A stretch of 64,000 bases of DNA from an uncultured delta proteobacterium (GTDB lineage Bacteria > Myxococcota_A > Polyangia > Fen-1088), in contig CAVYGB010000002.1 of NCBI GenBank assembly GCA_963767925.1, positions 1,632,001 through 1,696,000 of the forward strand. Direction: 5' to 3'. Position 1 is the stretch's first letter; every line of letters starts with the position of its first letter. Of this stretch, positions 20,748 through 30,288 are shown in pieces. A model generated the notes under the pieces. The model was not told the DNA's origin. It worked only from the letters and a program-made list of their open reading frames with translations, and did not search any database. Position numbers and translations under genes: made by a program.

Positions 20748-22130
20748 ATGCAAATCAGGAATCCGGCCACCGATGACGTGATCGCCGATGTGGCCGCCGA
20801 CAGCGCGGCCACCGTGGCAAGCAAATACGAGCGCGCCCGCGCCGGCCAGGCCGGCTGGGCCCGCACCCCGCTCGAGGAGCGGCTGGCCATCATCCGCCGG
20901 TTCAAGGAGGCGCTGGCCGTCCGCAAGGAGCTGCTGGCCCGCACCTTGACCCGGGAGATGGGCAAGCCGATCGCCCAGGCCCGCAACGAGATCGCCGCCA
21001 TGGGCGGGCGCCTGGACTTCTTTCTGCGCGAGACCGCCGCCGTCCTCGGCGAGGAGGTGGTCCTGCGCGACGGGGAGGCCGCCCGCCCCACCCTCGAGGA
21101 GATCATCCGGCACGAGCCGCTGGGGGTGGTGGCCAACGTCTCGGCCTGGAACTACCCCTACTTCGTCGGTTCCAACGTGTTCGTCCCGGCGCTGCTGACC
21201 GGCAACACCGTCCTTTACAAGCCCTCCGAGCACGCCACCGAGACGGGGCTGCGCATCGCCGAGCTGCTGCACGAGAGCGGGGTGCCCGACGACGCCTTCG
21301 TGGTGGCGGTAGGCACCGGCGAGGTGGGGCAGGCGGTGGTGAGCCAGCCGGTCGACGGGCTGTTCTTCACCGGCAGCTACGCCACCGGGATGAAGATCGC
21401 CCAGGCGGTGGCCGGCCGCTTCGTCAAGCTGCAGCTCGAGCTGGGGGGCAAGGACCCCACCTACGTGGCCGACGACGCCGACGTGGCGGCCGCGGCCGAG
21501 GGGCTGGCCGACGGCGCCTTTTACAACACCGGGCAGAGCTGCTGCTCGGTCGAGCGCATCTACGTTCACAAGGCGGTGGCGGGGCCGTTCCTCGACGCCT
21601 TCGTGGCGGCGGTGCGCGGCTTCAAGGTGGGCGATCCCAACGACGACGCCACCTACATCGGCCCGCTGGCCCGCCGGCCCCAGCTCGAGATCCTCGAGGC
21701 CCAGATCAAGGACGCGGTCGACAAGGGGGCCAAGGTGCTGTGTGGGGGCGCCCGGCTGTCCCGCCCCGGCTACTACTTCGATCCCACGGTGCTGACCGGG
21801 GTCACCTCCGACATGAAGGTCATGCGCGAGGAGAGCTTCGGCCCCATCATCGGCCTGCAGGTGGTGGAGGGCGACGACGAGGCGGTCCGCCAGATGAACG
21901 ACACCGAATACGGCCTCACCGCCGGCGTGTACAGCCGCGACCGGGCCCGGGCCGAGGCCATCCTCGCGCGGGTCGACGCCGGCAGCGTGTACTGGAACTG
22001 CTGCGACCGGGTCAGCCCGCGCCTGCCCTGGACCGGGCGGCGCCACTCTGGCATCGGCTCGACCCTGTCGACCTACGGCATCCGCACCTTCCTCCAGCCC
22101 AAGGCCTTTCACCTCCGCGCGCCGGCCTGA
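20748..22130 (+). CDS. NAD(P)-dependent aldehyde dehydrogenase
   Basis: AWNYP, KPSE, FTGS, LELGGKD, GQSCC, EESFGP. Confidence 0.95.
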   Translation: MQIRNPATDDVIADVAADSAATVASKYERARAGQAGWARTPLEERLAIIRRFKEALAVRKELLARTLTREMGKPIAQARNEIAAMGGRLDFFLRETAAVLGEEVVLRDGEAARPTLEEIIRHEPLGVVANVSAWNYPYFVGSNVFVPALLTGNTVLYKPSEHATETGLRIAELLHESGVPDDAFVVAVGTGEVGQAVVSQPVDGLFFTGSYATGMKIAQAVAGRFVKLQLELGGKDPTYVADDADVAAAAEGLADGAFYNTGQSCCSVERIYVHKAVAGPFLDAFVAAVRGFKVGDPNDDATYIGPLARRPQLEILEAQIKDAVDKGAKVLCGGARLSRPGYYFDPTVLTGVTSDMKVMREESFGPIIGLQVVEGDDEAVRQMNDTEYGLTAGVYSRDRARAEAILARVDAGSVYWNCCDRVSPRLPWTGRRHSGIGSTLSTYGIRTFLQPKAFHLRAPA

Positions 22131-22224
22131 TCGGGCGGTGGCAGGGTGGGGGGCTCCTGGCGTTCCCGGGTTTTTGACGCAGTTACTTGTCAGGGCGCGG
22201 GGGGCTGCTGCTAGATTTGGGGAC

Positions 22225-22812
22225 ATGACTGGTCGGTGTTGCGTCGCATTGCTGGTGACCGCGGGCGCGCTCTCGTGCGCCTCCGCGAAGAACAAGCAGA
22301 GCGGCCCTGTGCTCGGCGATCCCTACTCCTCGCCGGTCTCCTCGGCGATTGCGCGCAAGGCGCCCCGCTGCGAGACGCCCGCGGAGTGCGGAGAGGCCCC
22401 CTCGCCCGAAGTGAAATGGGAGTGTCAGCTCGGCGCCTGTCAGCTCGCCTCCGCCGCCGGCAAGGAGACCGACCCGCAGCCGCCACCTGTCTCCGAGCCG
22501 ATCGCGCCGCCCGCTCCCAGCGACGACAGCCGCTCGGCCGAGGAGGGCTCCGTCGACCGCAGCACGCCGCCCGCCGGCCTCTTCGCCCCGATCCCGCCGG
22601 CCAGCGTCGCGCCCGAGCCCGCGCCTCCGCCGCCCCCGCCCCCGCCCCCGCCTGCCGCCCCCGGCACACCGTCGCCCCCGCCGCCCGCCCCCGGCCAGCC
22701 GACGCCCACCCCGCTGCCAGCACAACCGACGCCTGCCCCACCGCCCGCCCCCACGACGCCGAGCACCCCCACGCCGGCACCCCCGGCGCAGCCGCAAGCG
22801 CCTCGCCTGTAA
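22225..22812 (+). CDS. Pro-rich lipoprotein with small Cys-rich domain
   Basis: Lipobox ALSC, C-x5-C...C-x4-C motif, long poly-Pro tail. Confidence 0.7.
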   Translation: MTGRCCVALLVTAGALSCASAKNKQSGPVLGDPYSSPVSSAIARKAPRCETPAECGEAPSPEVKWECQLGACQLASAAGKETDPQPPPVSEPIAPPAPSDDSRSAEEGSVDRSTPPAGLFAPIPPASVAPEPAPPPPPPPPPPAAPGTPSPPPPAPGQPTPTPLPAQPTPAPPPAPTTPSTPTPAPPAQPQAPRL

Positions 22813-22821
22813 CCGCTGCCC

Positions 22822-22871
22822 GTTTGCCCTCGCCCCGCGGTCCGCCGCGGGGAGAGGGAAAGGGTGAGGGG
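22822..22871 (-). repeat. REP-like element, copy 2
   Basis: gtttgccctcgccccgcgg-tccg-ccgcggggagagggaaagggtgagggg, the reverse orientation of copy 1. A degenerate forward copy lies at about 22900-22932. Confidence 0.75.
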
Positions 22872-22993
22872 CGGTTGCCGAACCGGACGCCCCACGCGCC
22901 GACCTCTCCCCATAACAGACCGCGGGGCGAGGTGGTCTCCCTCCGCCCTGGCCTCGGCGTGGCGGCCGGCGCCGGGCGTGCTAAAGATGCACA

Positions 22994-24013
22994 ATGCGGC
23001 TGGTGGGGACGATCGCGATCCATGTAAAGGGCAGCCTCGTCGAGCGGGAGCCCACCATGTGGGAACGGTTCCGACAGAAGCTGGGTGGCTCGGTCGACCT
23101 CAGCACCGAGAAGATGAAGGTCGAGCTCGAGGCGACCGCCGTCGTCGAGCAGGTGCGACGGGCCCTCACCCGCCTGAGCGTCACCAACGCCCTGTCGCTG
23201 GTCATCGACGACACCGTCATCTTCCAGGACAGCGAGGGCAAGGCCCACGACCTGCCCGATCTGGTCATCGCCCTGGCCGAGCACGCCTCCGTCTTCGGCC
23301 GCGGCTTTCAGGAGCTGCGCTTCGCCGCCGAGCACGAGGAGATGGGGGTGCACTACGTCGTCGAGACGCGCGCCCGCACCGAGCACCTCGCCACCGAGCC
23401 GGCGGCCATCTTGTCGGTGGGCGGTCGCCTCAAGGCGCTCGAGCCGCTCCCCGGTGAGGAGGCCGAGGCCTACCAGAAGCGGGTCGAGCCGCTGACCCGC
23501 AACACCCCCACCCTCGAAGCCGCGCGCGCCTCGTTCGAGTCGTTCATGAACCGCCTCGAGGACGCCCTGCGCGCCACCATGCCCGAGTCGCGCGTGGAAA
23601 ATGTCCGGGCCGAGGCCCGCCTGGTCAAGGCGACCCGCCGCACCCCCGCCGCCCGCACCCCCCGCGAGCCCACCCACCCGGGCTACGACCCGCACGCGCT
23701 CTATTACCCCAACCCGATGGGCATGATGCTGGACGCGATGATCCTGACGTCGTTCATGCACATGATGATGCCGTCGCCGTTTTTCCACGTGGTCAACCCG
23801 GCGGGCGCCGCCCTCGGCACCACCCAGCAGGTCGCCGCCGAGCCCGAGCGCCTGGAGCAGGAGCCCCAGGAGACCCAGTCCGACAGCGACCAGCCGGCCG
23901 ACGAGGGCGACCTCGCCGGCGACGAGGCCGTCGCCGACAACAGCGACTACGACAGCGGCGGCGGCGGTTACGACGGCGGCGACTTCGGCGGCGGCGACTT
24001 CGGCTCCGACTGA
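22994..24013 (+). CDS. Hypothetical protein with acidic Gly-rich tail
   Basis: 339-aa ORF with coding-like codon bias, ending DSGGGGYDGGDFGGGDFGSD. Confidence 0.8.
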   Translation: MRLVGTIAIHVKGSLVEREPTMWERFRQKLGGSVDLSTEKMKVELEATAVVEQVRRALTRLSVTNALSLVIDDTVIFQDSEGKAHDLPDLVIALAEHASVFGRGFQELRFAAEHEEMGVHYVVETRARTEHLATEPAAILSVGGRLKALEPLPGEEAEAYQKRVEPLTRNTPTLEAARASFESFMNRLEDALRATMPESRVENVRAEARLVKATRRTPAARTPREPTHPGYDPHALYYPNPMGMMLDAMILTSFMHMMMPSPFFHVVNPAGAALGTTQQVAAEPERLEQEPQETQSDSDQPADEGDLAGDEAVADNSDYDSGGGGYDGGDFGGGDFGSD

Positions 24014-24138
24014 GCGGCCCGGTCCCGGCCGGCCCGGAGGAAGCGATGGTGGTCGCGGCGGCGTGCGCCTGAGTCCCGGAGGGTACCACGGGCCCCCGGA
24101 CACTTCCCCTCCGGGGGCCCGAGACGCAGCTTCGCCAC

Positions 24139-24369
24139 ATGAGGCGGGGTTACCTACACCGGGCGTCCTGGGCGCAGCGCAAATTCGGCAAGAACATCGG
24201 CACTCCCGAGCGCTGGATCTCCATGGTGGGCGCGCTGGCCCTGGCTTTTTACGGGCGCCGCCGGGGCAAGCACCGTCAGGTGGCGGCCGCCGCGGCCACC
24301 TTCCTGATGCGCCGGGGCGTCACCGGACGTTGTCCCCTCTACACGCGCCTGGCGCTGTCCACGAACTGA
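24139..24369 (+). CDS. YgaP/DUF2892-like small membrane protein
   Basis: KNIGTPERWIS...RGVTGRCPLYTRLALST. Confidence 0.8.
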   Translation: MRRGYLHRASWAQRKFGKNIGTPERWISMVGALALAFYGRRRGKHRQVAAAAATFLMRRGVTGRCPLYTRLALSTN

Positions 24370-24515
24370 TTCGCCGCCAATCGTTCGCACGCACGTTTTC
24401 ATCATCCCACCGGACGCATCCGCGAAACCTTCGAGCCTCGGGACCTGCGCTGCCGCTTGCGTTGGTTGCCGCCGGGCAGGCAGTCTGCGTATTCTCGGGC
24501 CGCCACGAGGCGAGC

Positions 24516-26189
24516 ATGGCCAGCACACCCAAACGGAATCCGAAGTCGAAGACTCCAACCCGGCCCGGCTCTGCGGCCAAGCGCGCGCCCAGCCCCGCGG
24601 CCAAGGCTTCCCGGCCCGCCCAGTCGGGCCGACCGCCGAAGCCCGCCGCCCGGACCGCGAAACCCGTCGCGACCAGGCCAGGCGGCAAGGTGAGCAGCAA
24701 GGCGGGCGGCAAAACGGCGAGCAAAACGGCGAGCAAGACGGCGAGCAAGACGGCGAGCAAGACGGCGAGCAAGACGGCGAGCAAGACGGCGAGCAAGACG
24801 GCGAGCAAGACGGCGAGCAAGACGGCGAGCAAGACGGCGAGCAAGACGGCGAGCAAAAAAGCCGCGGGCAAGCTGGCTGCAGCACCGCTGAAGCCGGCCG
24901 CGCGGGGCAAGCCCGCCGCCAAGGCGCGCGGAGGAGCGCTGGGCAAGCTCGCCGGCATCGCGACCCGGTCGGCGGCGAAGATCGCCACCAAGATCGCCAG
25001 CGCCGCGGGCAAGCTCGCCCCGAAGGGCGCAGGCAAAAACGGGATCCGGGGCAAGCTCGCCAGCGCGCCGGCCGGCAAGGCCCCGGCCAAGGCCGCTCCC
25101 CGAGGGGCGGCGTCCGCGAAGGGCAAGGCGCTGGCCGCCGACAAGGCACGCCTGTCGCCGCGGGTGACCGCGGCCCTGAAGGCGGCGAGCTGGGCCGCCG
25201 ACTGGGTGGCAGCGCAGGGCCGCTTCGTCTGGCACGACCTGATGTCGACCGACGTGCCGGCCGCGCGCGCCTTTTACACGGCGCTGTTCGGCTGGAGCGT
25301 CGACGAGCTGGACCAGGGCGGCTACCCGGTGCTGCTCCTCAAGAACGGCGAGCGCAGCATCGGCGCCATCGTGCCCGAGCGGTCGCTGCCCGCCTCGCAC
25401 TGGATGCCCTACCTCGCGGTCAGCGACGTGGACGCCACCTGCCGCCGCATCGGTGAGCTGGGCGGCGGCGTCTGCGTGCCGGCGACCAACGTGCCCGGCC
25501 TGGGCCGGTTCGCGGTGGTCAACGATCCGCAGGGGGGGACCTTCTCGCCGCTGCGGCGTCCCGCCGACGCGGGCCCTCCGCCCGACCCCACCCCCGCCGC
25601 CGGCGACTTCTGCTGGGAGGAGCTCTACACGCCCGACCCGGAGGCGGCCGCCCACTTCTACGCCGACATGTTCGGCTGGGACGTCGAGCAGATGATGATG
25701 GGCGCCGCGCCCGCCGGCGACAGCGAGAGCGACGGCGAGGACGACAGTGACATCGAAGCTGGCGACGACGAATCCGACGACGAGGTGACCGAGCAGACGC
25801 GCGTGGCGGCCAACGGGGCGGACGACGAGATTTCGGACGAGGACGCCGCCGAGACGACATCCGCGGGCGACCCCTACCACCTCGAGAGCCACACGCTCGG
25901 CGGCGACGCCAGCGCGGGCGCTCCGGCGGGCGGCTTCGGTTACTGGATGGCCAAGAGCGGCGGGGTAGGCGTGGCGGGCTTCATGCAACAGCCTGTGGAT
26001 ACGGCGCCGCGGCCGTTCTGGCTGCCCTACGTGGCGGTGCCGGACGTCGACGCCACCGCGGCCCGCGCGGTCACGCTCGGCGCCACCATCCTGATGCCGC
26101 CCGCCGACATTCCGGACCTCGGTCGCTTCGCCGTGCTGGCCGACCCGGCCGGCGCCCAGGTGGCCCTCTACTGCGCCTCGCCTCCCTGA
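24516..26189 (+). CDS. VOC (glyoxalase-like) tandem-domain protein with histone-like Lys/Ala-rich N-terminus
   Basis: About 230-aa K/A/P-rich region, then GRFVWHDLMSTD...FYTALFGW...GRFAVVNDPQG and a second VOC repeat DFCWEEL...GRFAVLADPAG. Confidence 0.85.
   Translation: MASTPKRNPKSKTPTRPGSAAKRAPSPAAKASRPAQSGRPPKPAARTAKPVATRPGGKVSSKAGGKTASKTASKTASKTASKTASKTASKTASKTASKTASKTASKTASKTASKKAAGKLAAAPLKPAARGKPAAKARGGALGKLAGIATRSAAKIATKIASAAGKLAPKGAGKNGIRGKLASAPAGKAPAKAAPRGAASAKGKALAADKARLSPRVTAALKAASWAADWVAAQGRFVWHDLMSTDVPAARAFYTALFGWSVDELDQGGYPVLLLKNGERSIGAIVPERSLPASHWMPYLAVSDVDATCRRIGELGGGVCVPATNVPGLGRFAVVNDPQGGTFSPLRRPADAGPPPDPTPAAGDFCWEELYTPDPEAAAHFYADMFGWDVEQMMMGAAPAGDSESDGEDDSDIEAGDDESDDEVTEQTRVAANGADDEISDEDAAETTSAGDPYHLESHTLGGDASAGAPAGGFGYWMAKSGGVGVAGFMQQPVDTAPRPFWLPYVAVPDVDATAARAVTLGATILMPPADIPDLGRFAVLADPAGAQVALYCASPP
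24711..24854 (+). repeat. 12-bp coding tandem repeat x12 encoding (KTAS)12
   Basis: aa(a/g)acggcgagc repeated 12 times over 144 bp. Confidence 0.97.
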
Positions 26190-26273
26190 GGCCGGCGCGG
26201 CGCGGGGCAGGTTCGAGAGGCGCAAAATCTGATCTTCTGGCAAGCTGGCGCCTCCAACAGCGCGGAGGGTCAC

Positions 26274-26471
26274 GTGGTCCCCAGAAGCCGCTTCATCTGC
26301 CGGGAGTACGAGGAGAGCGACGCCGCCGGCGCCGAGGCCGGAGCCCCCGACGGCGCCGGTCCGCCGGCGGGCCCTCCCGCGGAGGCGCGCCCCTCCGAGG
26401 AGCGGTGGGCGGGCTCGCCGGGAGAATGTTGCTCGCTGCGCGCGCCCCGGACTCCCGGGGATCCGGCGTGA
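26274..26471 (+). CDS. Putative small protein coupled to the downstream lipoprotein
   Basis: GGAGG ends 5 nt before GTG 26274. Its TGA overlaps the next GTG (GTGA). Confidence 0.45.
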   Translation: MVPRSRFICREYEESDAAGAEAGAPDGAGPPAGPPAEARPSEERWAGSPGECCSLRAPRTPGDPA

Positions 26472-27373
26472 AGGGGGCGGCGGCGCGGCTCGCGGGCGCG
26501 CTGCTGGTCACTGCCTGCGGCAGCCTGACGCCGCCCCGGATCATCACACCCGAGGGCCCCGAAGCCGTCGCGCCCGACGCCGGCCCGTCCCCGGGTGAGC
26601 CCGACGCCGGCGCCGACGCCTGGGTGTTGCCGCCGCCGCCGGCCCCGCCCGACGGGTCCACCGCCGAGGCCGGCGGCCCCGCGCTGCTCGACGTCGTCTA
26701 CGCCCACAGCGGCAGCGACCTGTTCCGGGTCGACCCCCGGACCCTGGACATCGCCCGCATCGGCCCCTTCGTCCTCGAGGAGGCGGGCCGCACCCGTTTC
26801 CTCAACACGGTCACCGACATCGCCGTCGATCGCGCCCGGCGGATCGTGGGCCTGACCTACGACCGGCTGCTGGAGATCGACGGCGCCACCGGGGCGTGCA
26901 AGCCCATCGCGCTGCTGCCGCCGGGCCAGCGGTTCAACGGCCTGTCCTGGATCCGCGGGAGCGGCGGCCCCGAGGCCCTGGTGGCGACGAGCATCGACGG
27001 CGGCGTCTTCGCCATCGACCCGGCCAGCGGCGGCGCCACCCGGATCGGGGCGCTCGGCGGCGGCCTGCAGTCGAGCGGCGACCTGGTCTCGGTCGAGGGC
27101 TACGGCACCTTGCTGACGGTGATGGGCCCGGCGAGCGATCGTCTGGCCAGCCTGGATCCGGCGACCGGCGCCGCCACCGTGATCGGCGAGGTCGGCTTCG
27201 ACGGCGTGTGGGGCCTGGGCTTCTGGAAGAACCGGGTGTTCGGCTTCACCTCGACGGGGGACTTTCTCCTCATCGATCCCCGCACGGGGGCCGGCACGCT
27301 CGCCGGCAGCTTCCCCGCTTTCCCCTTTTACGGCGCCGGCGTCACCACCGAGGCGCCGGTCGTCATCGAGTAG
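26468..27373 (+). CDS. Myxobacterial lipoprotein, probable beta-propeller
   Basis: Lipobox LVTAC, repeated xDPxTGxxTxIG blades, TDIAVD, SSGDL, C-terminal YGAGVTTEAP. Confidence 0.8.
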   Translation: MKGAAARLAGALLVTACGSLTPPRIITPEGPEAVAPDAGPSPGEPDAGADAWVLPPPPAPPDGSTAEAGGPALLDVVYAHSGSDLFRVDPRTLDIARIGPFVLEEAGRTRFLNTVTDIAVDRARRIVGLTYDRLLEIDGATGACKPIALLPPGQRFNGLSWIRGSGGPEALVATSIDGGVFAIDPASGGATRIGALGGGLQSSGDLVSVEGYGTLLTVMGPASDRLASLDPATGAATVIGEVGFDGVWGLGFWKNRVFGFTSTGDFLLIDPRTGAGTLAGSFPAFPFYGAGVTTEAPVVIE

Positions 27374-27446
27374 CCGCCCGATCCGGGGAAGTCACCCTGA
27401 TGATTTACGAGTGGTGTTGGTGACGAGAAGCGCACATCATCGTCAG

Positions 27447-27581
27447 ATGGCAAAAAAGTACATCCCGAAGGATGACGACACCAAGGTGCGCAAGACTTTC
27501 TACAAGATCATGCGCGCCTTGACCTCGCCGAAGAACCGCCGGCGGTCCTTCTCATCTGGCCCCTACCACGGCGGCCGATAG
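27447..27581 (+). CDS. Small basic protein, 44 aa (not in the ORF track)
   Basis: Hand translation: MAKKYIPKDDDTKVRKTFYKIMRALTSPKNRRRSFSSGPYHGGR*. Mostly G/C-ending codons despite A-rich amino acids. Confidence 0.55.
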   Translation: MAKKYIPKDDDTKVRKTFYKIMRALTSPKNRRRSFSSGPYHGGR

Positions 27582-27743
27582 ACGCGCTGGCGTCCGTTTT
27601 GACGCGCACCTCCACGAACCATGGGAGGTGCGCGTCACTCTGACGCCTCCCTGCCGGGCGCGGGACGTACCCCCCGGCCAAGGACGCTGGCGCAGAGGAC
27701 CCGCCGGCCCTGCCCCGGCCGCCCCGGGGTAGCATCTCGGCCC

Positions 27744-29285
27744 ATGTTTCGCATCGCCGAGCTGCTCGGTGCGCTCTCGCTGGCCACCGATCTGGCCGAC
27801 GGCTTCCCGCTCGAGAAGTGCATGCGCACGGCGGTGCTGGCCCGTCGCCTGGCCGACTGCGCGGGCTGTGACGAGGTGGCCCGGCGGACCGCCTACTGGT
27901 CCAGCCTGCTGCGCTTCACGGGGTGCACCGGTTTTTCCCACGAGGAGGGGCGCTACTACTCGGCCGGCGGCGACATCACCTTGCGCCGGACGCTGGCCAT
28001 GGTCGACTTCGGCCGGCCATCGACCTTCGTCCGGCGGGCCATCGGCAACATCGCCAGCCACGCCCCCCTGGGCCAGCGGGCGGTCGCGCTGGGACGGCTG
28101 CTCGCCACCGGCGCGCCCCGGCGCCACGCCGACGCCCAGTGCGAGGCGGGCGCCACCTTCGCGCGGGCGGTCGACCTGCCCGAGGTGGCGGCGGTGCTGG
28201 CCCTGCGCGACGAGCGCTGGGATGGACGGGGCCCGCGCCGGGCGGCGGCGGGCGAGGCGCTGCCGCTGGCCGCCCGCATCGCCGACGTGGCCGACACCGC
28301 GGAGCTGTTCGCCTGGAACCACGGCCCCCACGAGGCCCTGGCGGAGCTGCGCCGCCGCCGCGGGGGGCAGCTCGACCCCCGCCTCGTCGACCTGTTCGGG
28401 CGCCACGCCGGTGACCTGTGGTCCGACCTGTTCGGCCCCTCGGTCTGGGACCTGTTCCTCGACGCCGAGCCGGCGCCCAACCGGGTGGCGCGCGACGGCG
28501 CCGAGGTGACCCGCTGCCTGCTGGCCTTCTCCCGCTTCGCCGATCTGTTCTCGGTGTACACGCTGGGGCACTCGGACCAGGTCGCCGACCTGGCCCAGCG
28601 GGCGGCCGCTGCCCTCGGGCTGCCCGAGGCCGACAGGACGCTGGCCCGCCAGTCCGGCTACGTCCACGACATCGGCCGGGTGGGCGTCCCCACCGGCATC
28701 TGGGAAAAACCCGGCCCGCTGTCCCCCTACGAGCGCGAGCGGGTGCGCAGCCACGCCCAGCACACCGAGACCGCCCTGCGGCTGGCGCCGGCGCTGGCGC
28801 CCCTGGCCGAGGTGGCCGCCTCCGCCCACGAGCGCGGCGGCGGGGCCGGCTACCACCGCCGCCTGCCGGCCGAGTCGGGGCCGCTGGTGGCGCGCCTGCT
28901 GGCGGCCGCCGACGTGTGCGTGGCCCTGCGCTCGGACCGCCCCCACCGCCCGGCCTTCGACCGCGCGGGGGTCGAGCGTGAGCTGCGGGCGATGACCGCC
29001 GCCCGGGCCCTCGATCCCGCGGCGGTCGACGCCGTGCTGGCCGCGGCGGGGCACCCGGTGCGCGCCGCCCCCCCGCCCCGCGGCCTCACCGATCGCGAGG
29101 TGCAGGTGATTCGCCTCGTGGCGGTGGGGCGCACCAACCCGGAGATCGGCCGCCTGCTCGGCATCTCGCCCCGCACCGCCCAGAAGCACGTCATGAACGT
29201 GTACGCCAAGCTGGGCCTCGAGAGCCGGGCCGGCCTGGCCCTGTTCGCCATGGAGCACCAGCTCCTCGAGCCCGGCCAGACCTGA
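27744..29285 (+). CDS. Tandem HD-GYP-like domains fused to a LuxR-type HTH regulator
   Basis: LSLATDL, ERWDGRG, GHS...VHDIGRVGVP, HERGGGAGYHR, GLTDREVQV...KHVMNVYAKLG. Confidence 0.9.
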   Translation: MFRIAELLGALSLATDLADGFPLEKCMRTAVLARRLADCAGCDEVARRTAYWSSLLRFTGCTGFSHEEGRYYSAGGDITLRRTLAMVDFGRPSTFVRRAIGNIASHAPLGQRAVALGRLLATGAPRRHADAQCEAGATFARAVDLPEVAAVLALRDERWDGRGPRRAAAGEALPLAARIADVADTAELFAWNHGPHEALAELRRRRGGQLDPRLVDLFGRHAGDLWSDLFGPSVWDLFLDAEPAPNRVARDGAEVTRCLLAFSRFADLFSVYTLGHSDQVADLAQRAAAALGLPEADRTLARQSGYVHDIGRVGVPTGIWEKPGPLSPYERERVRSHAQHTETALRLAPALAPLAEVAASAHERGGGAGYHRRLPAESGPLVARLLAAADVCVALRSDRPHRPAFDRAGVERELRAMTAARALDPAAVDAVLAAAGHPVRAAPPPRGLTDREVQVIRLVAVGRTNPEIGRLLGISPRTAQKHVMNVYAKLGLESRAGLALFAMEHQLLEPGQT

Positions 29286-29374
29286 ACATCCGTTGCGGCG
29301 CCAGGTGGCGCATGGGCGGGCGCGCGCCGGCCGCGCACTCTCGCTGGGTAGCCAACCCCAGCGAGGAGGACGCC

Positions 29375-30238
29375 ATGATCGTCGTGTTCGGAGCCACCAG
29401 CCAGGCAGGACCCCATCTCGTGAAGACGCTGCTCGCCGCGGGCCAGCGCGTGCGCGCGGTTGCCCGCGACGTCTCCCGGACCCGCGGGGTGCTGGGCGCG
29501 GGTGTCGAGGTCGTGCCCGGCGACCTCGAGCGTCCCGAGACGCTGGCCCCCGCCCTGGCCGGGGGCCGCCGGGTGTTTGTCGCGGTCGGCGGCGCCAGCG
29601 GCACGCCGGACCTGGTGGCGGCGGAGGGCCGCCTCATCGAGGCCGCCCGCGCCGCCGGCGTCGAGCGCTACGTCCGCCTCTCCGGGATCGACGCCCTGCC
29701 CGACGCGCCCGCCCGCGTGCAGCGGATGCACGGCGAGATCGACCGCCACCTGATCGCCTCTGGCCTGCCCCACACCATCTTGCAGCCCGGCTTCTTCATG
29801 CAGAACTTCCTCGGCCTGGCCGGGGCCATCCGGACCGGCGCCCTGCCGCTGCCCACCGGCGAGGCGAAGGGCTCGATCATCGACGCCCGCGACATCGCCG
29901 AGGTAGCGGCCCGGGTGTTGACCGGGCCCGGCCACCTCGGTCGGCGCTACACCTTGACCGGCCCGGAGGCGCTCAGCCACGCTGAGGTCGCGCGCATCCT
30001 GAGCGATATCCTCGAGCGGGAGGTCCGCTTCGTCGACCTGCCGGCGGCGGCCTTCGCCCAGGGCGGCGTCGAGGGCGGCCTGCCCCGCTGGTTCGCCGAC
30101 CTGCTGGCCGACGTCTACCAGCAGGTGTTCGCCGCCGGAGGCTGCGCCCGCGTGACCGACGACGTCCCCCGGCTCCTGGGCCGCCCGGCCCGCGCCTTCG
30201 CCGCCTTCGCCCGCGAGCACCGGGCACATCTGTCCTGA
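29375..30238 (+). CDS. NmrA-like / atypical SDR oxidoreductase
   Basis: GAGGAGG RBS. VFGATSQAG, ILQPGFFMQN, IDARDIAEVA, YTLTGPEALS. Confidence 0.9.
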   Translation: MIVVFGATSQAGPHLVKTLLAAGQRVRAVARDVSRTRGVLGAGVEVVPGDLERPETLAPALAGGRRVFVAVGGASGTPDLVAAEGRLIEAARAAGVERYVRLSGIDALPDAPARVQRMHGEIDRHLIASGLPHTILQPGFFMQNFLGLAGAIRTGALPLPTGEAKGSIIDARDIAEVAARVLTGPGHLGRRYTLTGPEALSHAEVARILSDILEREVRFVDLPAAAFAQGGVEGGLPRWFADLLADVYQQVFAAGGCARVTDDVPRLLGRPARAFAAFAREHRAHLS

Positions 30239-30288
30239 CCGGGCAGCTCCGCCTCGACGGAATCGTCCGCCGCCGCGATAATGGCGGC

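Noticed and set aside
24320..25144. Antisense ORF with (LLAV)n as a membrane protein
   Set aside because: It is the reverse-strand reading of the (KTAS)12 repeat, with no independent support.
27389..27446. Hammerhead ribozyme (CTGATGA core at about 27397)
   Set aside because: There is no GAAA counterpart or stems II/III with workable spacing.
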